Part shown: one piece after another, positions 36,965 through 47,030 of the stretch
How the letters are laid out: each line of letters begins with the position of its first letter
Numbering within the stretch: position 1 is the first letter of the stretch
Assembly: GCA_965249275.1 (NCBI GenBank)
Contig: CBDFLQ010000006.1
Span: forward strand, 832,001-896,000
Source: Dehalococcoidia bacterium
GTDB taxonomy: Bacteria > Chloroflexota > Dehalococcoidia > Plut-88900
Direction: 5' to 3'
DNA: 64,000 nt
Made by a program: the position numbers and the translations under genes
The notes under the pieces: model-generated
Database searches by the model: none
What the model saw: the letters and a program-made list of their open reading frames with translations, nothing else
Told to the model about the DNA's origin: nothing

Positions 36965-38380
36965 ATGACCCAAGACATCTGCTGGCTCTCGGCGACGGAG
37001 TTGGCCGAAGGCATTAGGAACAAGACGTTCTCTTCGCAGGAGGTCGTGCAGGCGCACTTGGCCCGCATTGCGGCGCTCAACCCGACTCTCAACGCCATCG
37101 TAACCTTCGCACCCGACCCCCTGGCCTTGGCCAAAGAAGCCGACGCCGCAATCGCACGCGGGGATGATCTAGGGGCGCTGCACGGAGTGCCGTTCACCCT
37201 AAAGGATTGCGTGGAGGTCGCCGGGCTGCGGGCCACGCAGGGCTCAAAGATATTGGCGGACAACATCTCCACCGATGATGCCACCGTTTACAAACGGCTG
37301 AAGGGCGCGGGCGGAATCCTCCTCGGCAAGACCAACCTTCCCGAGTTTGCCCTCTGGTGGGAGACGAACAATCTCCTCTTCGGCGCTACCCAAAACCCCT
37401 GGAAACTCGGCTACACTCCCGGCGGCTCCAGCGGCGGCGAGGGCGCGTCCCTTGCGACCGGGATGTCACCGCTGGGGGTCGGGACTGACCTCGGGGGGTC
37501 AATCCGGCAACCATCCAGCTTCTGCGGTTTGGCAGGCCTCAAGCCGACATTGGGTCGGGTGCCGTACACGCGGGTCGTGCCTCAGACGCTATTTCGCGCT
37601 ATTCACGTCGGGCCCATGGCTCGAAACGTCCAGGACGTGGCCTTAGCCCTATCCATCATGGCCGGCCCCGACGGCGAGGACATCTACGCCCCGCCCGTCC
37701 CCGTCCCCGATTACACAGACCTGGATGGTCCTTTGCCCAAGCTACGGATCGGGTGGAGCCCAACGGGCGGGACGCCGGTAGAAGAGGAAGTGCAGAAGGT
37801 GGTGGCAAAGGCGGCAGACGCACTCTCGGTGCTGGGGATGGAGGTGGATCCGGTGGAAATACCAGGGCTGGGGACCAATGATGCGCAAGTGATCTCATCA
37901 GCAGTTTACACGGTGGAAGGAAAAGCGTTTCTAATGGACGTAATCAAGGGACGGGAGTCGGAGCTGACACCGTTGCTGCGTAAGCGCTACATCGACTCCC
38001 CGGCCAAGACGTTCGACGAGTATTTAGAGGCGAGCTTCAACTGGGAGTCGCTGAAGTGGGAGGTCGGCGAGTACTTCACCCGCTACGACATCTTCCTCTG
38101 CCCGACCGTCCCCATGCCTGCCTACGAGGCAGGTCGAGAAGAGTTCGTTATTGACGGCAAGACCATGGGCGCGAGGCACAGCCTCCGGGCCACCGTCCCC
38201 TGGGACCTTACCGGCTCCCCCGCCATGAACGTTCCTTTCGGCTGGAGCGATGAGGGTCTGCCCATCGGCGTGCAGCTCGTGTCCCGGCACTTCGATGAGC
38301 ACACCCTTCTCAGGGTCGCCAAGGCCCTGGAAGGCTGCCAGACGGACAGGCGTCGTCCCGCCATCGCCAACCCGCAATAG
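36965..38380 (+). CDS. Amidase signature family protein
   Basis: GVPFTLKD, GKTN, PGGSSGG, GTDLGGSIRQP. Confidence 0.95.
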   Translation: MTQDICWLSATELAEGIRNKTFSSQEVVQAHLARIAALNPTLNAIVTFAPDPLALAKEADAAIARGDDLGALHGVPFTLKDCVEVAGLRATQGSKILADNISTDDATVYKRLKGAGGILLGKTNLPEFALWWETNNLLFGATQNPWKLGYTPGGSSGGEGASLATGMSPLGVGTDLGGSIRQPSSFCGLAGLKPTLGRVPYTRVVPQTLFRAIHVGPMARNVQDVALALSIMAGPDGEDIYAPPVPVPDYTDLDGPLPKLRIGWSPTGGTPVEEEVQKVVAKAADALSVLGMEVDPVEIPGLGTNDAQVISSAVYTVEGKAFLMDVIKGRESELTPLLRKRYIDSPAKTFDEYLEASFNWESLKWEVGEYFTRYDIFLCPTVPMPAYEAGREEFVIDGKTMGARHSLRATVPWDLTGSPAMNVPFGWSDEGLPIGVQLVSRHFDEHTLLRVAKALEGCQTDRRRPAIANPQ

Positions 38381-38480
38381 CATAACCCTCCATCATTCAC
38401 CGAGAGGATTTGACACTGCTTACCAGTAGCCTTACCATCCTCTACAAATGTGACTACAGCGTAGACAAGGAGAGGTAACC

Positions 38481-38711
38481 ATGAGTGTGTTTGGACAGGC
38501 GCTTAGATTCTTGTTCGTCGGCATGATAATCGCCGGGGCCGTCATATCATTCACTGGATGGATGGTAGACTCCGATCCGGATAGAGGATCTCTACTGGCC
38601 GGCGAACCCGGCTTCGGTAACGAGTTGAGCTTCCTGCTCGTCCTCTTCGGAGCCATTGGACTCTTCGGAACCTTAACTCTTCGCAACTTGCCCTTTCCCT
38701 GGGAGAAGTAG
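38481..38711 (+). CDS. Small two-TM membrane protein
   Basis: AGGAGAGG RBS, two hydrophobic segments. Confidence 0.7.
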   Translation: MSVFGQALRFLFVGMIIAGAVISFTGWMVDSDPDRGSLLAGEPGFGNELSFLLVLFGAIGLFGTLTLRNLPFPWEK

Positions 38712-39080
38712 GGCTAGCTCCCGAGGCATACGCGCGACGAGGGTCCCGGTCCCGCTCGGTTGATAAAGTGCGAAATTGCAGCAAGCATCCTTGCTGGTTC
38801 GCCAAGGGAACCGATCAAGAACTAACGCACTCCGAATCGGACCCGCAAAGACGGCCAAGCGTGGACTTCCGCATACCAGACGCACGAATCAAACGCATCG
38901 GAACACAGTGACCGTAACGTAGGCAACTACGAGGTACGCTCAGTTGGGCGCATTGAAGCACCCAAGCCGTTTCCAGGGCCTTGAATTGGCTCAAACTGAA
39001 TGGCTTGGGTGCATGTCATAAGGGGAGAAATTCGGGGGTTCCTGAACAGCACAGGTCCCATTGGAGATAGGAGCAGCGCT

Positions 39081-40190
39081 ATGGTTGCAGAGCTCACCGC
39101 CGTCTCGGCCCTCAATCGCACCCTCCCGAGCCCCTACTACTACGATCCCGGCATCTACGAGCAGGAGAAGGAGCGCATCTTCTACCGCTCCTGGATCTGT
39201 GCCGCCCGAGTCGAGGAAATCCCCAACGTGGGTGACTACCTGCTCCGTGAGATTGCCGACGAAAGCATAATCGTCGTCAGGTCTAAGGGTGGCGAGATCA
39301 AGGCCTTCTACAACGTCTGCCGACACCGCGGCAACCGGCTCTGCTCCGCCGAGTCTGGGAAGGCCAGGGGCAAGGCCTTCGCTTGCGGTTACCACGGCTG
39401 GACATACAATCTGGACGGCGATCTCATTGCCACGCCCAACATCGCCACCCGGCCCTCCCTGAACGGCGACCCCCTCTCCCTGTATCCCGTCGCCGTCCAA
39501 CTGTGGGAAGGTTTTATATTCTTGAACCTCGCCCCCGATCCCGAGCCATTTGTCCCGGAGCTCGGCGTGCTTGCGGAAAAGCTGCCCAAGTACAACCTCG
39601 CCAACCTCAGGATCGGGCATCGCAACGTCTACGACATCAATGCCAACTGGAAGCTGGTACTGGAAAACAACGTCGAGTGCTATCACTGCCCCGGCGTCCA
39701 CCCCGAACTCTGTGAAATCCACCCTACATTCAGGGGCGGCGCAATAGGCCAGGAGGCCCTGGACGGTGCACCTCTTATCGAAGGAGCGACGACCTATTCG
39801 GACACGGGTATCGGGCCCCGGCCCATCATCAGCACCCTCTCCGAGGAAGACGTGGCCAAGTTCCGCAGTGTCACCATCTACCCCAACCTTTTCTTCGGCC
39901 TGCTCCCGGACCAAGTCTTCGTCTTCTACAAGTGGCCCGTATCCTCGACCACCTGCCGCCTCACCGTAGACTGGCTCTTCGAGAAATCGGTGGTCGAGTC
40001 ACCGGGTTTCGACCCCTCAGACACGGTCGGTTTTCTCGACCGTGTTTTAAAGCAGGACTATGACATCTGCGAAGAAGTGCAGAAGGCGCTCAGGTCTCGG
40101 GCGCACCGGCAGGGTGTTTACTCCGCCCAGGAGCACCTGCCCTACAAGTTCAACCAGTGGATACTGGATAGGCTGGGGTCGGTCGAGTAA
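39081..40190 (+). CDS. Rieske non-heme iron oxygenase alpha subunit (GbcA/Stc2/choline monooxygenase-like group)
   Basis: CRHRG...CGYHGW Rieske site, NWK..ENNVECYHCPGVHP, QD; AGGAG upstream of ATG 39081. Confidence 0.9.
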   Translation: MVAELTAVSALNRTLPSPYYYDPGIYEQEKERIFYRSWICAARVEEIPNVGDYLLREIADESIIVVRSKGGEIKAFYNVCRHRGNRLCSAESGKARGKAFACGYHGWTYNLDGDLIATPNIATRPSLNGDPLSLYPVAVQLWEGFIFLNLAPDPEPFVPELGVLAEKLPKYNLANLRIGHRNVYDINANWKLVLENNVECYHCPGVHPELCEIHPTFRGGAIGQEALDGAPLIEGATTYSDTGIGPRPIISTLSEEDVAKFRSVTIYPNLFFGLLPDQVFVFYKWPVSSTTCRLTVDWLFEKSVVESPGFDPSDTVGFLDRVLKQDYDICEEVQKALRSRAHRQGVYSAQEHLPYKFNQWILDRLGSVE

Positions 40191-40199
40191 CCGGGCGGG

Positions 40200-41264
40200 C
40201 TACGCCCCGTTTACCCCATACATAGCCAGGCAGTTGTCCCTCAGGATCTTCCTCTTAACGTCCTCCGACAGGTCTTCCCGATTCCAGAAATGCGCAACGC
40301 TCTCCGGGTATTCGTTGTCCCAGTGCGGCCAGTCCGAGGCGTAGAACAGGGAGCCCTCTCCGAGGATGTCGATCACCTGGGGAACGAGGGTCTCGCTGGG
40401 CTCGGCGTGGAACCACACCTTGTCGCCCTTCAGGTACTCGCTGGGCTTGCGGGTGCAGTCCGGGGTCTCGAGCCAGCCCCGCTTCTCCCATTCCTCGTCC
40501 ATCCTGTCGAGGAAGAAGGGCACCCACGTGCAGCCGGTCTCCAGGTATCCGACCTTCAGGTCAGGGAATCGCTCGAAGACACCACCGTAAACCATGTGCA
40601 CCGACTGCAGCATGTTCGATATGGGAAATGCGGTGGTGTGGCGCTGGATGAACTTGCTGTACTTCATGTATTCGGACGTGCCGCCGTGTACCGCCACCAG
40701 GCACCCGAGAGACTGGGCCTCTTCGAAGAACGGGTCGAACTTCCGCTCCCCGAAACCCCCGAACCCCACCGCCGGCAGCATCACACCCGAGAAGCCTGCC
40801 TCCGTCACCGTCCTGCGCATCTCCTTCGTTCCCGCCTCCACGTCGGTCAGGGGGACCAGGGACACGGCCTTCAGTTTAGGGCTAACGCTCATCCACTCGT
40901 CGGCCATCCAACGGTTGTAGGCGCTGGTAACGGCCTTCAGATAGTCCGGGTCCCAGATGGTTCCGTAGGTCAGCAGCGTCGTCGGGAAGAGGAAGGTCAT
41001 CTCCATGCCACCCCATTCCAGGGCGTCGAGCCAGTCCTTGGGAAACGGATAGCCCGCAGGCCCGATACCACCCATCCTACCCCCAAGCGTCGAGTCCGCA
41101 AATGCCCGGTTGGTTATCGCACTCCCGTGGCCGACCCTGCCCTGGGCATCGGGGAGGTTGTCCATCAGGAATTCGTTGTAGGGTTCCGGCATGTACTCCC
41201 TGATCCGGGCCTGGTCTTCAACGATATGCCCGTCCGCGTCTATCACCCCGAATGGAAGTTGCAT
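40200..41264 (-). CDS. Amidohydrolase_2 family protein
   Basis: IDADGHI, AYNRW, AVHG, FERFPDLK, YASDWPHWD. Confidence 0.9.
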   Translation of the reverse strand: MQLPFGVIDADGHIVEDQARIREYMPEPYNEFLMDNLPDAQGRVGHGSAITNRAFADSTLGGRMGGIGPAGYPFPKDWLDALEWGGMEMTFLFPTTLLTYGTIWDPDYLKAVTSAYNRWMADEWMSVSPKLKAVSLVPLTDVEAGTKEMRRTVTEAGFSGVMLPAVGFGGFGERKFDPFFEEAQSLGCLVAVHGGTSEYMKYSKFIQRHTTAFPISNMLQSVHMVYGGVFERFPDLKVGYLETGCTWVPFFLDRMDEEWEKRGWLETPDCTRKPSEYLKGDKVWFHAEPSETLVPQVIDILGEGSLFYASDWPHWDNEYPESVAHFWNREDLSEDVKRKILRDNCLAMYGVNGA

Positions 41265-41398
41265 GGCTATCCTCCGCCTCTATTGATAGGTGCCGTTAGT
41301 TTCAAGCAGTCTAGCCCCGATACGGGAGACGTGCAATCGCGGCTTCGGCGCGCCCATCCGCTATAATCCTCCCAACCTTTCCCCTCTCGGAGGCCCCT

Positions 41399-43111
41399 AT
41401 GCCCAGTTCACCTCATGGCGTGCAGTTTGAGTCCCACCGGCCCGACATCATGGGCCGCAACGGCATGGTCGCCTCCGGGCATCCGCTGGGTTCCCAGGCG
41501 GGCATCTCCATCCTGCAGCAGGGCGGCAACGCAATCGACGCTGCCATAGCCGTGGCCGCTGCCGTCAACGTGGTGGAACCCCAGATGTCCGGCATAGGCG
41601 GCGATGGGTTCATCATGGTCTACCGACGGGACCTTGGTAAGATCGAGGTTGCCAATGGCACGGGCCCCGCGCCTTTTGCAGCGACCTGGGAACGCTACGC
41701 TGACACCGGCATTCCCGAAAAAGGCATCCTGTCCGTCTCGGTTCCCGGCCTACTGGACGCCTGGCTCTCTGCCCACGAGAAGTACGGCAACCTACCCCTC
41801 GCTGATGTTCTGGCTCCGGCGATAGGTCTCGCTCGGGACGGTTTCCCGGTGAGCCGGAAGCTGTCGGGGGATATCGCCGCTGACATTTTCCTGTGCAACC
41901 ACCCTGCCTCGGGGGCCATATTCGCGCCTGGGGGTCGGGCCCTGGGCCCCGGTGAAATCCTGTACCAGTGTGACCTCGCCGACACCTTTGAACAGATCGC
42001 CGTCGGAGGCGCAGAAGTCTTCTACCGCGGCGAGATTGCCGCAGCTATTGCCCGCTATCACCGTGTGAACGGAGGCCTACTCTCCCTTGAAGACCTTGGT
42101 CGGTTCCACGGTGAGTGGCAGGACCCCATATCCACCACATATCGCGGCCACACCGTCTTCGAGGCGCCGCCAAACTCCAGCGGCCACGTTTTGCTCCAGG
42201 AGCTGAACATCATCGAGCAGTTCGACATCCAGGGGCTCGGGTGCAACACCTCGGAGGCCGTCCACGTTATGGTCGAGGCGAAAAAGCTCGCCTTCGCCGA
42301 CCGCGAGGCCTACGTCGCGGACCCAGGCTTCCTCGACATTCCCATGGTAGGCATGCTTTCCAAGATGTACGCCTGGGAGCGCGCCTCCCTCATCGACAGG
42401 CAAAGGGTCAACCCGAATGTGGCCCCCGGCAACCCCTATATCTACCAGGACGGCCCTGCCCCACCGCGTTCCCCAAAGAAGACTCACGGCTCCGAAAAAG
42501 GCGGGGACACCACCTGCTTCGTCGTCGTTGACCGGTGGGGGAATGCCGTGAGCCAGCTACAAAGCCAGCAGAGCGCATTCGGGTCGGGGGTGGTGGTGGA
42601 GGGGACGGGGATTCTGCTCAACAATCGCATGACCTACTGGCATCTCGACCCCGATCACATCAATTGCCTGACACCCGGCCACCGGGTCCGGCACACCATG
42701 AACCCCGTAATGGTATTCGCAGGCGAGGATGACACTGCCGCCAACGGCGAGCTCGTCCTGGTCTGCGGCACCCCGGGCGCCGACACCCAGGTGCAGACTA
42801 ACATGCAGGTAATCACTCACGTCCTGGATTTCGGCCTCAACGTTTCCGAAGCCGTGGAGGCGCCCAGGTGGAGGCACCTGCAAAACCAGACGGAGTCCAC
42901 CGAACCCCGTAAGTTCGCTGACCGGCTCCAGCTGGAAGGGCGCTTCTCCGAGGAAGTGAGGGCGAGCCTCGAGGCCAAGGGGCACACGCTTCAAATTCTC
43001 CCCGACTGGGGGGCTTCCGGCAGCGAGGTGATGATTCGCCGGGACCCGGCAACCGGGGCATTGTTCGGGGCGGCTGACCCCCGTCGGGACGGCTACGCTA
43101 TCGGTTGGTAG
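41399..43111 (+). CDS. ggt: Gamma-glutamyltransferase
   Basis: GGNAIDAAIA, SGIGGD, PPNSSG, AFADR, GDTT autocleavage site, LLNNR, GTPGAD, AADPRR. Confidence 0.92.
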   Translation: MPSSPHGVQFESHRPDIMGRNGMVASGHPLGSQAGISILQQGGNAIDAAIAVAAAVNVVEPQMSGIGGDGFIMVYRRDLGKIEVANGTGPAPFAATWERYADTGIPEKGILSVSVPGLLDAWLSAHEKYGNLPLADVLAPAIGLARDGFPVSRKLSGDIAADIFLCNHPASGAIFAPGGRALGPGEILYQCDLADTFEQIAVGGAEVFYRGEIAAAIARYHRVNGGLLSLEDLGRFHGEWQDPISTTYRGHTVFEAPPNSSGHVLLQELNIIEQFDIQGLGCNTSEAVHVMVEAKKLAFADREAYVADPGFLDIPMVGMLSKMYAWERASLIDRQRVNPNVAPGNPYIYQDGPAPPRSPKKTHGSEKGGDTTCFVVVDRWGNAVSQLQSQQSAFGSGVVVEGTGILLNNRMTYWHLDPDHINCLTPGHRVRHTMNPVMVFAGEDDTAANGELVLVCGTPGADTQVQTNMQVITHVLDFGLNVSEAVEAPRWRHLQNQTESTEPRKFADRLQLEGRFSEEVRASLEAKGHTLQILPDWGASGSEVMIRRDPATGALFGAADPRRDGYAIGW

Positions 43112-44084
43112 CCGTCCGCCTGTCCGGGTCTGCGGCGTGTGACTCGTCGGCGTGCAGGTGCATGTAGTCTTCCACCCTGAAGGGAGGCATCAACGGGTTG
43201 GTGGTGAGCCTCGCCGCCTTCAAGGTGTTGACCATCAGCATGGCCACGGTCATCACCCCGACCCCGCCCGGTACCGGAGTTATGGCCTGGGCCTTCTCCT
43301 TGACTGAATCGAAGTCTACGTCGCCCACAAGCCGGTAGCCTCTTTTCTTGGTAGGGTCCGGTATGGCGTGGATCCCGACGTCTACCACCACCACCCCCGG
43401 CCTCACCATGTCCCCCGTTATGCCCTGGGGGTTGCCTGTCGCGACGACAAGGATGTCGGCCATTCGGGTGATGCTGGGCAGGTTCCTGGTCCCGAGGTGG
43501 CATATCGTCACCGTCGCGTTGGCCCACGGCTTCTCCTGGAGCAGCAGCGCAGCCAATGGTCGGCCCACAATCAGGCTGCCCCCGACCAACACCACGTGTT
43601 TCCCCTCCGGGTGGTGCCCCACCGACACAAGCATCCGGTGTATCCCTGCCGGCGTGCACGGCACAAAGCGCGGCTCCCCCGCCATCAGCCAGCCCACGTC
43701 AAGGGGGTGCAACCCCTCAATGTCCTTAAGGGGATCGACGGCGTGTATGACCTTCAGCATGTCGATGCCGCGGGGCACTGGGAACTGGACCAGGATGCCG
43801 TGGAACCTATCGTCCGAGTTCAGCTGATCGATCTTCCTGAGCAGTTCGGCCTCGGTTGTGTTGCCGGGCAGCCTGAAGGTCTGGGAGTAGATGGCCGACT
43901 CCGCCGCCGCCTTCTCCTTCGCGGCTACGTATCTCCCAGAAGCCGGGTCATCCGATACAAGCACCACTGCCAAGCCGGGCACCACACCCGTCTGCGAGCT
44001 AAGTTCCTCCACGGCGTACTTCACGCCCAATCGGATGTTCTCGGCTATCCAGCGGCCATCGATTATCACTGCGGTCATAGCCAA
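43098..44084 (-). CDS. folD: Methylene-THF dehydrogenase/cyclohydrolase
   Basis: YVAAK, GILVQFP, KDIEG, PCTP, NATVTICH, GDVDF, ITPVPGGVG. Confidence 0.93.
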   Translation of the reverse strand: MAMTAVIIDGRWIAENIRLGVKYAVEELSSQTGVVPGLAVVLVSDDPASGRYVAAKEKAAAESAIYSQTFRLPGNTTEAELLRKIDQLNSDDRFHGILVQFPVPRGIDMLKVIHAVDPLKDIEGLHPLDVGWLMAGEPRFVPCTPAGIHRMLVSVGHHPEGKHVVLVGGSLIVGRPLAALLLQEKPWANATVTICHLGTRNLPSITRMADILVVATGNPQGITGDMVRPGVVVVDVGIHAIPDPTKKRGYRLVGDVDFDSVKEKAQAITPVPGGVGVMTVAMLMVNTLKAARLTTNPLMPPFRVEDYMHLHADESHAADPDRRTATNR

Positions 44085-44290
44085 TCACCAAGCCTCCACC
44101 GATACTGCCATCAAGCCGCTCGGGCCCCGAGGCCCGGACGCCGCGAATGATACTCGCCGCCCGCGTTTAGTGCGAGTAGCAGCCACCTGAGAATATTTGT
44201 CTTTCCCCCCTCCCATTTTGTCTCTGGACTTGTCCCTCCTCTCCTATGCCGGTATCATTGTCACCGGCCACGCGAGCCAGGAGGAACCAC

Positions 44291-45460
44291 ATGCGATTTA
44301 ACTTCACCCCGGAAGAACAGGCCTTCAGGCAGGAGGTCAAGGACTTCCTTGCTGCGGAATGGACAGAGGACCACGACCTAGTACCCGGCAGCGAAGAGGC
44401 ACATGCCGTGGAAATGGGCATGCGCAAGAAGCTCGCCGACAAGGGCTGGCTGGCACTCTCCTGGCCGGAAGAGTACGGCGGCTCTGACGCCTCCGTAATG
44501 CAGCAGGTCATCTTCACCGACGAATGGTCCTACGCCCACGCACCAGGCCGCGACGGCGAGGGTATCGGCTACATCGGCCCGGCCATAATGGTGCACGGGA
44601 CCGAGGAGCAGAAGAAAGAGCACATCGGCGGCATAGCCCGCGGTGAAGTTGTCTGGGCACAGGGCTATTCGGAGCCCGAGTCGGGTTCCGACCTCGCTTC
44701 CGTCCGGACCCGCGCTGTCCTAGAAGGTGACGAGTGGGTCATCAACGGACAAAAGATCTGGACCTCCCAGGCCCACGTCGCCGACTGGATCCTCCTCCTG
44801 GCCCGCACCGACCCCAATGCCCCCAAGCATCGGGGCATTACTATGTTCCTCGCCGACATGAGGACGCCCGGCGTTTCCGTCAGGCCCATTGTCGACATGA
44901 CCGGCGGCCACCACTTCAACGAGACCTTCTTCGACAACGTGCGCGTGCCCAAGGGCAACGTAGTCGCCGAGGTCAACCGGGGCTGGTATGCCGGAATGAC
45001 CCTGCTGGACTTCGAGCGTTCCGGCGTCGAGTACGCCGCCCTCGCCCGTCGGGCCCTTGACGAGACCCGGAAGTTCGCCAGCGAGACCAAATATAACGGC
45101 AAGAATCTCATCGACCTTCCCATGGTCCGCAACACCCTCGCCGAGATGGCCGTCAACGTGGAAGTCTCCTACATGATGTCCTACCAGATTGCTTACATCC
45201 AGAGCAAGGGAGAGGTACCGAACAAGGAAGCCTCCATGGGTAAGAGCTTCGGCTCGGAGGTCGAGCAGCGCATACTGCAGATGGCCATGCGCATCCTGGG
45301 CCTCCATGGTCAGCTCACCCCCTCCTCCTCACGCACCCCTCTGCACGGTTGGGTCGAGACCAACTATCTGAAGAGCGTCTCGGACACCATCCAGAGCGGA
45401 ACTTCGGAGATTCAGCGCAACATCATCGCCACCCGAGGCCTTGGCCTGCCTCGGCAGTAG
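44291..45460 (+). CDS. Acyl-CoA dehydrogenase family protein
   Basis: QGYSEPESGSDLAS, INGQKIWTS, FNETFFDNVRVP, GTSEIQRNIIA. Confidence 0.93.
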   Translation: MRFNFTPEEQAFRQEVKDFLAAEWTEDHDLVPGSEEAHAVEMGMRKKLADKGWLALSWPEEYGGSDASVMQQVIFTDEWSYAHAPGRDGEGIGYIGPAIMVHGTEEQKKEHIGGIARGEVVWAQGYSEPESGSDLASVRTRAVLEGDEWVINGQKIWTSQAHVADWILLLARTDPNAPKHRGITMFLADMRTPGVSVRPIVDMTGGHHFNETFFDNVRVPKGNVVAEVNRGWYAGMTLLDFERSGVEYAALARRALDETRKFASETKYNGKNLIDLPMVRNTLAEMAVNVEVSYMMSYQIAYIQSKGEVPNKEASMGKSFGSEVEQRILQMAMRILGLHGQLTPSSSRTPLHGWVETNYLKSVSDTIQSGTSEIQRNIIATRGLGLPRQ

Positions 45461-45488
45461 TCCCCACACCATAAGACCGCAATTGCCG

Positions 45489-45514
45489 CGCCGCTCCGTG
45501 AACACGGAGCGGCG
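45489..45514. terminator. GC-rich intergenic hairpin
   Basis: CGCCGCTCCGTG-AA-CACGGAGCGGCG; no clear U-tract. Confidence 0.5.
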
Positions 45515-45538
45515 TAGTAATTCATAGGAGAGGAACTC

Positions 45539-47020
45539 TTGAATATAGCTGACGTAATTGTGGTTGGGGCAGGCAACGCGGCTCTTTGCGCCGCACTTTC
45601 CGCCCGGGAGAACGGGGCTCGGGTGCTGGTTCTTGAAAAGGCGCCCGAGCACATGCGCGGCGGCAACTCCTATTTCACGGGCGGCGGCTTCCGTTTCCCC
45701 TACGACGGCCTCGAGGACATCCGGGGCCTAATCCCCGAAATGGCCGACGAGGAGGCCAACTCCATCGAAATCGGCTCTTATCCCCAGCCCCAAATGTACG
45801 ACGATATCATGCGCGTCACAGAGGGCCTCTCCGATGCCGACCTCATCGAGACCCTCGTCACCCGCGCCTATCCGACCGTCCAGTGGATGAGGGAGCAGGG
45901 GCTCCACTGGGTCCTGATGTACGGCCGCCAGTCCTTCGAGGTTGGGGGGAAGCAGCATTTCTACGGCGGCCTGATCACGGAGGCGGTGGGGGGTGGCAAG
46001 GGCCTCGTCGACTCCCTGTTCGACGCTGCCCAGGCCCGAGGCATCGACATCGCCTACGGGGCCAAGGTCACGGGCCTCCTGACCGACGATATAGGACGCG
46101 TGACCGGGGTATCGGCACGCACGCCTGAAGGAAGCCGGGACTTCGAGGCGAGGGCCGTGGTCCTAGCCTGCGGCGGCTTCGAGTCGAACCCGGAGATGCG
46201 GACCCGCTACCTGGGCCCCGGGTGGGAGCTGGCCAAGGTGCGCGGCACTCGGTATAACACGGGAGACGGCATCCGCATCGCCCTGGACGCGGGGGCACAG
46301 TCCCACGGCCACTGGAGTTCCTGCCACGCGGTCGCCTGGGATCTCAACGCACCCACTTTCGGCGACCGCAACGTCGCCGACCTATTTCAGAAGCACTCCT
46401 ACCCCCTCGGCATCGTAGTCAACGTTGAGGGCAAGCGCTTCCTCGACGAGGGTGCTGACTTACGCAACTACACCTATGCCAAGTACGGACGAGAGATATT
46501 GAAGCAGCCCCACCGCGCAGCTTTCCAGATCTTCGATGCCAAGGTCTCCGGGAAACTTCGGGACGAGTATTACATTGCCCGTGCCACGAAAGCGGAGTCG
46601 GACACCATTCCGGGCCTTGCGGACGCCCTCGGCATCGACAAGCAGAAATTCATCGACACCGTACAGAGCTTCAATGCCGCCGTTACGGAAGGGGAGTTCA
46701 ATCCCGCCGTTCTCGACGGCAAGGGGACCACAGGAATCGAGCCGCCCAAGTCCAACTGGGCTCAGAGGCTCGATTCTCCGCCATTCATCGGCTACGCCGT
46801 GACTTGCGGCATTACCTTCACCTTCGGAGGTCTCAAGATCAGCCCCGACGCCCGTGTCCTGGACACCGAGGACGCGCCCATACCGGGCCTGTACGCTGCG
46901 GGGGAACTTGTCGGCGGACTCTTCTACTACAACTACGCCGGTGGGTCCGGATTGATGGCGGGGTCGGTTTTCGGTCGGATCGCAGGGGCGGAGGCGGCGA
47001 AGGCGGCGGGCTCGGCTTAG
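45539..47020 (+). CDS. tcuA: FAD-dependent tricarballylate dehydrogenase TcuA-like flavoprotein
   Basis: GAGNAALCAA, RGGNS, GGFESN, KVRGTRYNTGDG, PPKSNWA, GITFTFGG, YYNYAGGSGL. Confidence 0.85.
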   Translation: MNIADVIVVGAGNAALCAALSARENGARVLVLEKAPEHMRGGNSYFTGGGFRFPYDGLEDIRGLIPEMADEEANSIEIGSYPQPQMYDDIMRVTEGLSDADLIETLVTRAYPTVQWMREQGLHWVLMYGRQSFEVGGKQHFYGGLITEAVGGGKGLVDSLFDAAQARGIDIAYGAKVTGLLTDDIGRVTGVSARTPEGSRDFEARAVVLACGGFESNPEMRTRYLGPGWELAKVRGTRYNTGDGIRIALDAGAQSHGHWSSCHAVAWDLNAPTFGDRNVADLFQKHSYPLGIVVNVEGKRFLDEGADLRNYTYAKYGREILKQPHRAAFQIFDAKVSGKLRDEYYIARATKAESDTIPGLADALGIDKQKFIDTVQSFNAAVTEGEFNPAVLDGKGTTGIEPPKSNWAQRLDSPPFIGYAVTCGITFTFGGLKISPDARVLDTEDAPIPGLYAAGELVGGLFYYNYAGGSGLMAGSVFGRIAGAEAAKAAGSA

Positions 47021-47030
47021 ACGCCTATTG

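Noticed and set aside
38712-39000. tmRNA, RNase P RNA or group II intron
   Set aside because: No tRNA-like ends, no GAGGAAAGTCC/P4 motifs, no domain V; kept only as an unclassified structured candidate
40290-41366. Long antisense ORFs (also 4957..5958, 13766..14677, 14964..15866, 29535..30434, 49635..50639)
   Set aside because: Shadow frames of GC-rich genes, with no motifs of their own
44085-44245. Possible ZTP or THF riboswitch upstream of folD
   Set aside because: Two hairpins are present but the conserved aptamer motifs are not
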